Positions 6,401-13,143 of a DNA stretch of 13,143 nucleotides are shown here, piece after piece. Origin of the DNA: an uncultured Nitrospiraceae bacterium (GTDB taxonomy: Bacteria; Nitrospirota; Thermodesulfovibrionia; Thermodesulfovibrionales; Dissulfurispiraceae). Where the stretch lies: assembly GCA_947085205.1 (NCBI GenBank), contig CAMTVO010000052.1, forward strand, positions 1 through 13,143. The letters run 5' to 3'. Each line of letters opens with the position of its first letter. Position 1 is the stretch's first letter. Under the pieces are notes generated by a model that was not told the origin of the DNA, did no database searches, and saw only the letters and a list, made by a program, of their open reading frames with translations. The position numbers and the translations under genes are program-made.

Positions 6401-7036
6401 ATGAAAGTCTGTGAGATTTTTGCGAGCATTCAGGGTGAGTCAACATATGCGGGGTTACCTTGTGTTTTTGTAAGGATGACAGGGTGCAACCTCAGGTGTA
6501 CATACTGTGATACCACGTATGCGTATGAAGAAGGTGCTGAAATGTCTGAAGATGAAATTATAGAATCCATCAAAAGTTACGGCATAAAGCTCGTCGAAAT
6601 TACAGGCGGCGAACCTTTATTGCAAAAGTATGTTCTATCATTAATAGAAAGACTTCTTGACGATGGTTTTACTGTCCTCTTAGAGACAAATGGAAGTGTG
6701 AGCATAAAGGATGTTGATAAAAGGGCTGTTATCATTATGGATATCAAGACTCCTAAAAGCGGGATGTTTGAAAAGATGGACCTGCTGAATCTGAAATATC
6801 TTAAAGCAAGCGATGAATTGAAGTTTGTTGTTTCGGACAGAGAAGATTACAAATGGGTAAAAGATTTTATAAGATATTACGGATTAACCGATAAATGCAA
6901 AATCCTTCTTTCGCCTGTTTATGATATGCTTTCTCCTGAAAGCCTTTCCCAGTGGATAATTGAAGATAGATTACCTGTGAGACTTAATCTTCAGATGCAC
7001 AAGTATATCTACGGCCCTGAGACAAGGGGGGTCTGA
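6401..7036 (+). CDS. queE: 7-carboxy-7-deazaguanine synthase (radical SAM)
   Basis: EIFASIQGES, FVRMTGCNLRCTYCDT (CxxxCxxC), ITGGEPL, ETNG and LQMHKYI motifs. ATG 6401 preferred over TTG 6395. Confidence 0.88.
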   Translation: MKVCEIFASIQGESTYAGLPCVFVRMTGCNLRCTYCDTTYAYEEGAEMSEDEIIESIKSYGIKLVEITGGEPLLQKYVLSLIERLLDDGFTVLLETNGSVSIKDVDKRAVIIMDIKTPKSGMFEKMDLLNLKYLKASDELKFVVSDREDYKWVKDFIRYYGLTDKCKILLSPVYDMLSPESLSQWIIEDRLPVRLNLQMHKYIYGPETRGV

Positions 7037-7086
7037 TTATTACAGGCTTTTTTCTAACAGGGTAAAGACTTTAAAAGAAAATTTGT

Positions 7087-7114
7087 TTGACAGTCGCATT
7101 ATTTTATGTATAAT
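7087..7114 (+). promoter_or_regulatory. Consensus sigma70 promoter
   Basis: TTGACA (7087-7092), N16, TATAAT (7109-7114); about 400 bp upstream of the kinase ATG. Confidence 0.75.
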
Positions 7115-7252
7115 ATGTTCATATTTTTTACAATTATCTTTTTAAATCAAAATGCCCTTGAATTTCTGGCGAGGATTCTGAGATTGATACGGTAGGCTAC
7201 CAAATAAAAGGTCTTTTGGAATTGTAAAAAAAGATGTAAGAAAAATAAATTG

Positions 7253-7291
7253 ATGGCACAGATATTACACACACACACACACACACAATAG
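7253..7291 (+). CDS. Putative leader peptide MAQILHTHTHTQ spanning the (AC)n tract
   Basis: ATG 7253 to TAG 7289-7291. SD is weak. Lies between the promoter and the terminator. Confidence 0.4.
   Translation: MAQILHTHTHTQ
7267..7287. repeat. (AC)10A dinucleotide microsatellite
   Basis: Directly visible perfect tract. Confidence 0.97.
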
Positions 7292-7317
7292 TACCTTATC
7301 AGGAATCTTTGAATCCA

Positions 7318-7354
7318 AAAAGGGCGTGTTTTTTACTGCACGCCCTTTTCATTT
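7318..7354 (+). terminator. Intrinsic terminator/attenuator hairpin in the kinase leader
   Basis: AAAAGGGCGTG (7318-7328) / CACGCCCTTTT (7339-7349) perfect 11-bp stem, followed by CATTT; could act in both directions. Confidence 0.7.
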
Positions 7355-7520
7355 CTATCCATCCTGCGTTTATTCTTGGTGGCCTAATTTATTCAATCAC
7401 AGAAAACTTTAATTATGGATTTGCTTCCCATAAAACACCTCTTCGTTCTAATATCACTGACTTTTCGAGGTGTCTATCAATTCGGGGAAACATAAAATTT
7501 ATTATCAGAGAGGTCACTTT

Positions 7521-9095
7521 ATGAGACTTTATTCCCTGAAAACAAAATTCGTCATCATAGCTTTTATGTGCCTTCTTATGATAAGCGTATATCTCTTTTT
7601 TGATTTTCGTTTTACACACCACATTAAAGGTGACGCCACAAGGATTAATCTTGCAGGTCAGTTGAGATTTCGCTCCTTTGAGATGGCATGGCTGGCTCAC
7701 AGGATTATCGGAGAAAAGAATCCTGATGTAAGAGATTCCTTTGTTATGGAACTTAAACATGAGATGAGCATGTTCGAGAGCATTGCCGAAGATATAAAAA
7801 ACGGCAATATACAGCTCAACTTAAGACCGCTTGAATACAAAGAATCACTGGTAATGCTTAATGGTATTCTCATCGAATGGAATAGCATATTAAAGCCAAT
7901 CCTTTTGAATATCGCAGAACCACCAGCATATCTGTCCGAAGATAAAGCAAGACAGTTCTTATATCAATATGACTCAAGAATTGAGGAGTATGTGTATGGG
8001 ATTGACAGATTCGTCAGTTTTCTTGAAAAGGATTATAAGAGGGAGATAGAAGATCGCAATTATTTTAGGATCTATCTTATAGGACTCTCTGTTTTAGTGG
8101 CAGTCTTTGTTTACATCTATGTAAGGAAGGCCATGATTAGTCCCATCTATAAATTCAGGGATACAGCAAGGGAAATAGAGAAGGGAAATTTTGACGTCAG
8201 GGTGGATATAGAAAGTAAAGACGAAATAGGAGAATTTTCTCAGGCATTCAATAACATGATAAGTGCCTTGATACAGCGTACTGAGGCAGAAAAGGCGAGG
8301 CTTATGGCAGAGGCAGCAAACAGGGCAAAGTCTGAATTCCTTGCCAACATGAGCCATGAGTTAAGGACACCCCTTAATTCAATCATTGGATTTTCAGAGA
8401 TTTTTAGGGATAGTTTATTTGGTGAACTCAATGAAAAGCAAAAGGAGTATGTTAATTACATCCTCCAGAGTGGCAGACACTTACTCAAACTCATCAATGA
8501 CATTCTTGACCTTTCAAAGATAGAATCAGGGGAAATGGAACTTGAGGTAAGCAGGTTTACTATTAGGGAAATGCTTGAAAGCTCGATGGTCATATTTAAA
8601 GAAAGGGCAATAAAGCACAGGATAAAGATGAGCCTTGAGATAGAGCCAGATGCAGACATAGTGTGGGAGGCAGATGAGAGGAGACTCAAGCAGGTGATGT
8701 TTAATTTATTGAGCAATGCGATTAAATTCACGACTGACGGAGGCAGAATTCATGTAAAGGCGCGGGTTGTCAATCGTGGGCAATTAATCCAGAGGCAAAT
8801 AGGAAGTCTCGGTGATTATTTAGCGAAAACAGATAGTGAGGAGTTTATAGAGGTTTTTGTAGAAGACACAGGGGTAGGGATAAAGATAGATGACATGCCG
8901 AAACTCTTTCAACCCTTTTCTCAGCTTGAATCACCTTACACGAAGATGCATGAAGGGACCGGTCTGGGATTAGCATTAACAAAGAGACTGGTGGAGCTTC
9001 ATGGTGGGACCATATGGGTTGAAAGCGAATTTGGCAAGGGGAGCAGATTTACATTTGTAATACCTGTAAAGAAAACAGAGGATGATCAGATATGA
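7521..9095 (+). CDS. Membrane sensor histidine kinase: TM, NarX/PilJ-like periplasmic domain, TM, HAMP, HisKA, HATPase
   Basis: DATRINLAGQLRFRS (P-box-like), HAMP ..DEIGEFSQAFNNM, H-box FLANMSHELRTPLN, NLLSNAIKFT, DTGVGI and GTGLGL. Start ATG 7521 with SD GAGG is more likely than the track start at 7470. Confidence 0.92.
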   Translation: MRLYSLKTKFVIIAFMCLLMISVYLFFDFRFTHHIKGDATRINLAGQLRFRSFEMAWLAHRIIGEKNPDVRDSFVMELKHEMSMFESIAEDIKNGNIQLNLRPLEYKESLVMLNGILIEWNSILKPILLNIAEPPAYLSEDKARQFLYQYDSRIEEYVYGIDRFVSFLEKDYKREIEDRNYFRIYLIGLSVLVAVFVYIYVRKAMISPIYKFRDTAREIEKGNFDVRVDIESKDEIGEFSQAFNNMISALIQRTEAEKARLMAEAANRAKSEFLANMSHELRTPLNSIIGFSEIFRDSLFGELNEKQKEYVNYILQSGRHLLKLINDILDLSKIESGEMELEVSRFTIREMLESSMVIFKERAIKHRIKMSLEIEPDADIVWEADERRLKQVMFNLLSNAIKFTTDGGRIHVKARVVNRGQLIQRQIGSLGDYLAKTDSEEFIEVFVEDTGVGIKIDDMPKLFQPFSQLESPYTKMHEGTGLGLALTKRLVELHGGTIWVESEFGKGSRFTFVIPVKKTEDDQI

Positions 9096-9106
9096 GGTAA
9101 GTCTTT

Positions 9107-9472
9107 ATGAAGAAGATACTGATAGTAGAAGATGATGAAAAGAATCGGATTTTGTTAGGAGACATACTGAGATATTATGGTTACGAGGTCATAGAGGCAG
9201 TAGATGGCAGAGAGGGTATTGAAAAGGCAAAAGAGCACAAGCCTGAATTGATATTCATGGATTTACAGATGCCAGTTATGAATGGTTTTGAGACACTGAA
9301 GATATTGAGAGATGATCCAGACACAGAGGGTATAAAGATTATTGCAGTTACATCTTTTGCCATGAAGGGTGACAGAGAGAGGGCACTTGAGACAGGCTTT
9401 GATGATTATATAGCAAAGCCTATCAATACGAGGCAGTTGCCAGAGATGGTGAAGAAGTTTTTAGGAGATTGA
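9107..9472 (+). CDS. Single-domain response regulator (DivK/CheY-like receiver)
   Basis: ILIVEDD, FMDLQMPVMNG (phospho-Asp), AVTSFAMKGDRE and YIAKP motifs; no output domain. Confidence 0.92.
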   Translation: MKKILIVEDDEKNRILLGDILRYYGYEVIEAVDGREGIEKAKEHKPELIFMDLQMPVMNGFETLKILRDDPDTEGIKIIAVTSFAMKGDRERALETGFDDYIAKPINTRQLPEMVKKFLGD

Positions 9473-9522
9473 GGACAGGTACTCAGGGCATTCAAAGAGA
9501 CAGTCTCTCTACTGGAGGAAAC

Positions 9523-9639
9523 ATACGAGAGACTAAAAGGATAAGACAGACAATATGCCTTCCGCCAGAACTCGCAAAAGAAGTTGAGGAAATAGTACGT
9601 TTGATTGATAAGCTATCCTATGGTAGTATTTATTCATAA
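9523..9639 (+). pseudogene. Possible CopG/ribbon-helix-helix remnant
   Basis: GGAGG, 4 nt, ATA (possible mutated ATG), then RETKRIRQTICLPPELAKEVEEIV, resembling the RHH 'TISLPPEL..EV' pattern. Confidence 0.3.
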
Positions 9640-9642
9640 AAA

Positions 9643-10095
9643 ATGAAGGTTTTTCAATTTCTATCGAAAATCATCGCCACCGTCTTTTTCATTGGCTATA
9701 TCCCTTTCGCGCCCGGCACGTTAGGGAGCCTCGCGGCGTTGGCGTTCGTTTGGTTTTTAAAACCCCATGATGCCCTTCTGCTGTTGGTATTAATAGCAGG
9801 TTTTATCTCCGGCGTATTGAGTTCCCATGCCGTTGAAAAAAATACCGGAATAAAGGACAGCAAACATATTGTCATTGATGAATTCATTGGCTATCTTGTA
9901 TCCATTATATTTCTTCCCATTACCATCGGCTATATTATTGCAGCCTTTCTTTTGTTCAGATTTTTCGATATATTAAAGCCGCCGCCCATAAGAAATGTTG
10001 AAAAAACGTTTCATGGCGGGCTTGGTATAATGTTTGACGACTTGTTAGCCGGAATATTTACGAATATAATATTGCAGATATGGAGAATGATTTAA
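9643..10095 (+). CDS. pgpA: Phosphatidylglycerophosphatase A
   Basis: GYIPFAPGTLGS, IVIDEFIG, FRFFDILKPPPI and GIMFDDLLAG motifs. Confidence 0.95.
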   Translation: MKVFQFLSKIIATVFFIGYIPFAPGTLGSLAALAFVWFLKPHDALLLLVLIAGFISGVLSSHAVEKNTGIKDSKHIVIDEFIGYLVSIIFLPITIGYIIAAFLLFRFFDILKPPPIRNVEKTFHGGLGIMFDDLLAGIFTNIILQIWRMI

Positions 10096-10568
10096 TCAAG
10101 GCTGCCGAAAAACTGCTCTTGTCGCTGTCAGGGAGAGGATTGACCTTGAGTCTCGCGGAATCATGCACCGGCGGCCTCATATCCCATGCGATCACCTCGA
10201 TACCCGGGGCATTAAAAGTCTTTCATTCAAGCATTGTGGCTTACTCTATAGATTCAAAGCTGTGTCTTCTCGGTATCGATGAGGATGTTATTGATGCATC
10301 CGGCGTAATAAGCGCAGAGACCGCAAAGTCGATGGCCGAAAATATTCGTCTAAAAACCGGAACTGACGTGTCATTATCCGTTACCGGGAATTTAGGCCCG
10401 GACGCATTGGAAGGAAAAGATGTAGGAGTGGTATATTTTGCGGTGAGCAGCGGGGAGGGAGTTGTTTGTATGGAAAGGCATTTTCACGGAAACAGATACC
10501 ACAATAAATATAATGCCGCGATGGAAGGCATTAATCTTTTAATTAAGGTTATCTCCGAAAACATATGA
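10080..10568 (+). CDS. cinA: CinA C-terminal domain protein / NMN amidohydrolase (PncC-like)
   Basis: AESCTGG, AYS..SK, GVISAETAKSMA and SVTGNLGP motifs. No N-terminal MoCF-like domain. Located between pgpA and thpR. Confidence 0.85.
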   Translation: MENDLIKAAEKLLLSLSGRGLTLSLAESCTGGLISHAITSIPGALKVFHSSIVAYSIDSKLCLLGIDEDVIDASGVISAETAKSMAENIRLKTGTDVSLSVTGNLGPDALEGKDVGVVYFAVSSGEGVVCMERHFHGNRYHNKYNAAMEGINLLIKVISENI

Positions 10569-11131
10569 GGTGCTTTATAGCCATAGACATCCCCGCGGAT
10601 ATAAGGCAGTCGATTACCGACGTTATCGGGAAATGCAATCAGGGATCGAAGGGCGTTAAGTGGGTGGCGCCGGAAAAAATCCATATCACGCTGAAGTTCT
10701 TAGGCGAGGTGAAAGAAGACCGGATACCGGCTGTACAGGAAAAACTTGTCCCGGTATGCGCTGAGCGCGACATATTCAGTATCGCTATCAAGGGCGCTGG
10801 AGCATTTCCTAATTTTAAATACCCCAATGTTTTATGGATTGGAATAGATGAGTCCGAAGAGTTGAAAAGGCTCTATGAGGATATAGAAGATGTTTTGTCG
10901 AAACTTGGATTCGAGAAGGAGAACAGAAAGTTTTCTCCACACCTGACCATAGGCAGGGTGAAGGACAGGAGGGGCATAGAGCCTGTGATTAAAGAGTTAT
11001 ATACATTTAAAGACATGTTTTTTGGTAGTATGGAAGTAAAAGAAGTTTTGCTCATGCGGAGTATTTTAAAGCCCGCAGGGGCAGAGTATTCGAAGATAGC
11101 GGGATTTAAATTATCTAAGCCGGAAGCCTAA
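10565..11131 (+). CDS. thpR: RNA 2',3'-cyclic phosphodiesterase (2H family, LigT)
   Basis: MRCFIAI start and two HxT motifs (HITLKFLG, PHLTIGR). Confidence 0.93.
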   Translation: MRCFIAIDIPADIRQSITDVIGKCNQGSKGVKWVAPEKIHITLKFLGEVKEDRIPAVQEKLVPVCAERDIFSIAIKGAGAFPNFKYPNVLWIGIDESEELKRLYEDIEDVLSKLGFEKENRKFSPHLTIGRVKDRRGIEPVIKELYTFKDMFFGSMEVKEVLLMRSILKPAGAEYSKIAGFKLSKPEA

Positions 11132-11284
11132 TTAAAAAAAACGAATTCAGTTGCGTGGATTAGCTGTTTTGAGATACGGTTTTCAGGTATGGTTTTAAGG
11201 ATATGATATAATGTATTTAATATATGCGCTTAGATATAAGAATATCCGATAGAATAAAAGTAAGTCTGAAAGGAAGGGGGATAT

Positions 11285-11524
11285 ATGTTAAAAACATTAG
11301 ACCGGATAACAATTGATCCTGAAATTTTTCAGGGTCAGCCTTGTATTAGGGGAATGAAAATACCGGTAACTCTTATCCTTAAACTGCTTGCTATCGGCAA
11401 AACACATGCAGAAATAATTGACGACTATCCAGAGCTTGAAGAAGAAGATATAAAGCAGTGCATAGAGTATGCCGCATGGCTTGCCAGTGAACGAAATGTT
11501 GCTATCGCAGGCTCTCATGCATGA
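11285..11524 (+). CDS. DUF433 family antitoxin (VapB45-like)
   Basis: RITIDPEIFQGQPCIRGMKIPV and EIIDDYPELEEEDI...IEYAA; ATGA overlap with the next gene. Confidence 0.9.
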   Translation: MLKTLDRITIDPEIFQGQPCIRGMKIPVTLILKLLAIGKTHAEIIDDYPELEEEDIKQCIEYAAWLASERNVAIAGSHA

Positions 11525-11814
11525 AACTTCTTGCCGATATGCCTATCTCGCCAAAAACAGTTGCACATTTGCGTTCTCTCGGTAATGATGTTTACCGTAT
11601 AAGCGAAAAAGGACTTTATAAGGCAAAAGACCATGACATTATAGAAATAGCCGTCAGAGAAAATAGAGTAATTCTCACAATGGATCTCGATTTCGCAGCA
11701 ATTTTAAAAGGCGGGGATTTTTTGATTAATCTACAGGAACCTTTGCAATTACTTCATCAACGGTTGTTATCCCGTCTCTTACCTTATTCCATGCGCCTTC
11801 AAAAAGAAAAGTGA
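11521..11814 (+). pseudogene. DUF5615 PIN-like toxin (VapC45-like), apparently C-terminally truncated
   Basis: MKLLAD..ISP, D.DII..A..ENRVILTMDLDF. Homology appears to stop at about aa 62; the rest of the frame runs 89 bp antisense into the ATPase 3' end. Confidence 0.7.
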
Positions 11815-13143
11815 CCCCTTCGTTCTTGGCTGCCATTATGAGAGAACTTTCACTGGCGTCATTAGAGATTAATTTTCTTAATGCAGGTATTATTGGAAGA
11901 TATTCATAAACAGCTATCCTTCCGGAATATCCCGTATTGGAACATTTTTGACAGCCTGTGCCATGATAATGTTTTTTCATTACAGGAAGATTGTGTGTTT
12001 CCATAAAAGATAGGAGTTCTTCTGTAATCTCTGATTCGACCTTACAATAACTGCATATCTTCCTAACGAGTCTTTGAGCTAAGATAGCGCTTACAGCAGA
12101 ACTTATAAGATAGGCTGAAATCCCGAGGTTGATGAGTCGAGTAATTGTTGCAATCGTACTGTTTGTGTGCAAAGTGGTCAGGACAAGATGTCCTGTAAGC
12201 GCTGCTTTTATAGCAATCTCTGCTGTTTCGATGTCCCTTATCTCTCCTATCTTTATGATATCGGGGTCCTGGCGGAGAATTGACCGAAGAACCGATGCAA
12301 ATGTACGGCCGATTGATTCATTAACAGGTATCTGTGTGATTCCCTCCAGCTTATATTCAACAGGGTCCTCTATTGTTACAACGTTTTTTGATTCGGAGCG
12401 AAGCTGGGAGAGACATGCATAAAGAGTGGTGGTCTTCCCGCTGCCGGTTGGCCCTGTAACAATAAGCATCCCCTGCGGGCGTTTAAATATTTCTATTATG
12501 GAGTTTTTGATATATTCAGGCATTGCCAGGTTCTCAAGGGGTATCAGTCCAACACTTTGATCAAGCAGTCTGAAAACTATCTTTTCTCCATAAAGGGATG
12601 GAAGGGTTGATATTCTGAGGTCTATCTCTTTGCCCTGAAAAGATACATGGGTGCTTCCGTCCTGAGAAAGCCGTCTGTTTGTAATATCAAGATTTGAAAT
12701 TATTTTTATCCTCGATATTACTGAATCGTGGATATTTTTGTCGTACTTGAATATATTGCGCAGTTCTCCATCTATTCTGAATCTCACCTGAACATATTTC
12801 TCCCTCGGCTCAATGTGAATATCGCTTGCCATAGCCTTAGCCGCCTCTGCGATAACCATTGCCACGAGCTTTACAATCGGCGGGAACTTACTCCTTGAAT
12901 ACAATACCTCTATATTTGCATCGTCAACAGCTGATTCTTTTTCTTCTATAAACTTAACCTCCTTGTCAGCAGTGATATTTGCGCTAAAGACATCAAATAT
13001 ATTCTCATCTTCTACATAATTCTGCTCTATCGCCCTGAGGATAGCCCAGTCGTAGGAAATCACAGGCAAAACTTTTACATGCTCCCTGAAAGAAACGGCA
13101 TCTATTGTCCTGTAGTCCAGAGGGTCAGCCATGGCAAGGATAA
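11726..13143 (-). CDS. GspE/PulE/PilB family secretion/pilus ATPase (5' part outside window)
   Basis: Frame is open beyond the track's ATG (..ILAMADPLD). ASDIHIEP, Walker A GPTGSGKTT, TIEDPVEY, LRQDPDII.IGEIRD, GHLVLTTLH and CxxC..CxxC motifs. Confidence 0.93.
   Translation of the reverse strand, partial: ILAMADPLDYRTIDAVSFREHVKVLPVISYDWAILRAIEQNYVEDENIFDVFSANITADKEVKFIEEKESAVDDANIEVLYSRSKFPPIVKLVAMVIAEAAKAMASDIHIEPREKYVQVRFRIDGELRNIFKYDKNIHDSVISRIKIISNLDITNRRLSQDGSTHVSFQGKEIDLRISTLPSLYGEKIVFRLLDQSVGLIPLENLAMPEYIKNSIIEIFKRPQGMLIVTGPTGSGKTTTLYACLSQLRSESKNVVTIEDPVEYKLEGITQIPVNESIGRTFASVLRSILRQDPDIIKIGEIRDIETAEIAIKAALTGHLVLTTLHTNSTIATITRLINLGISAYLISSAVSAILAQRLVRKICSYCKVESEITEELLSFMETHNLPVMKKHYHGTGCQKCSNTGYSGRIAVYEYLPIIPALRKLISNDASESSLIMAAKNEGVTFLFEGAWNKVRDGITTVDEVIAKVPVD

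Noticed and set aside
6401..7291. Functional link between queE (queuosine on tRNA-His) and the His-codon leader
   Set aside because: The leader lies downstream of queE behind its own promoter, so it cannot attenuate queE. Adjacency alone is insufficient evidence.
7309..7524. 71-aa ORF as a stand-alone protein gene
   Set aside because: TTG start without a well-spaced SD, spans a terminator hairpin and has no motifs. Kept only as the alternative frame of the leader.
448..12422. Short antisense or alternate-frame ORFs (448, 1201, 1494, 4689, 5840, 7413, 7697, 8094, 8240, 8456, 9181, 9696, 10484, 10639, 10873, 11297, 12129)
   Set aside because: They overlap well-supported genes and show no recognisable motifs; shadow ORFs.

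Overview
Bacterial, AT-rich window. Gene content suggests an anaerobic Nitrospirota (Thermodesulfovibrionia-like) or deltaproteobacterial genome; this is inference only. The left 5.4 kb (minus strand) is a sulfur/selenium-trafficking cluster. In transcription order: LysR (CysL/Se-metabolism type), an unusual 123-nt tRNA-Sec-shaped tRNA with Cys anticodon GCA, U73 and a giant variable arm containing a second CAU anticodon-like hairpin, YeeE/YedE transporter, a Tat-exported protein cut by a decayed IS1202/ISNCY-type element, a second 5'-truncated copy of the tRNA, secreted transglutaminase-like protein, YedF, a palindromic 9-mer repeat element, and the start of an NSS transporter. Two near-identical LysR boxes sit upstream of the tRNA and of the transglutaminase. 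The plus strand carries a YdjM-like hydrolase and queE. Next come a consensus sigma70 promoter, an (AC)10-containing leader ORF and a terminator, which together look like a repeat-switched attenuator for a NarX/PilJ-sensor histidine kinase and a single-domain receiver. Then follow pgpA-pncC(cinA)-thpR, a DUF433/DUF5615 toxin-antitoxin pair with a truncated toxin, and a convergent partial GspE/PilB ATPase. All family calls are from motif recognition by eye; no searches were run.
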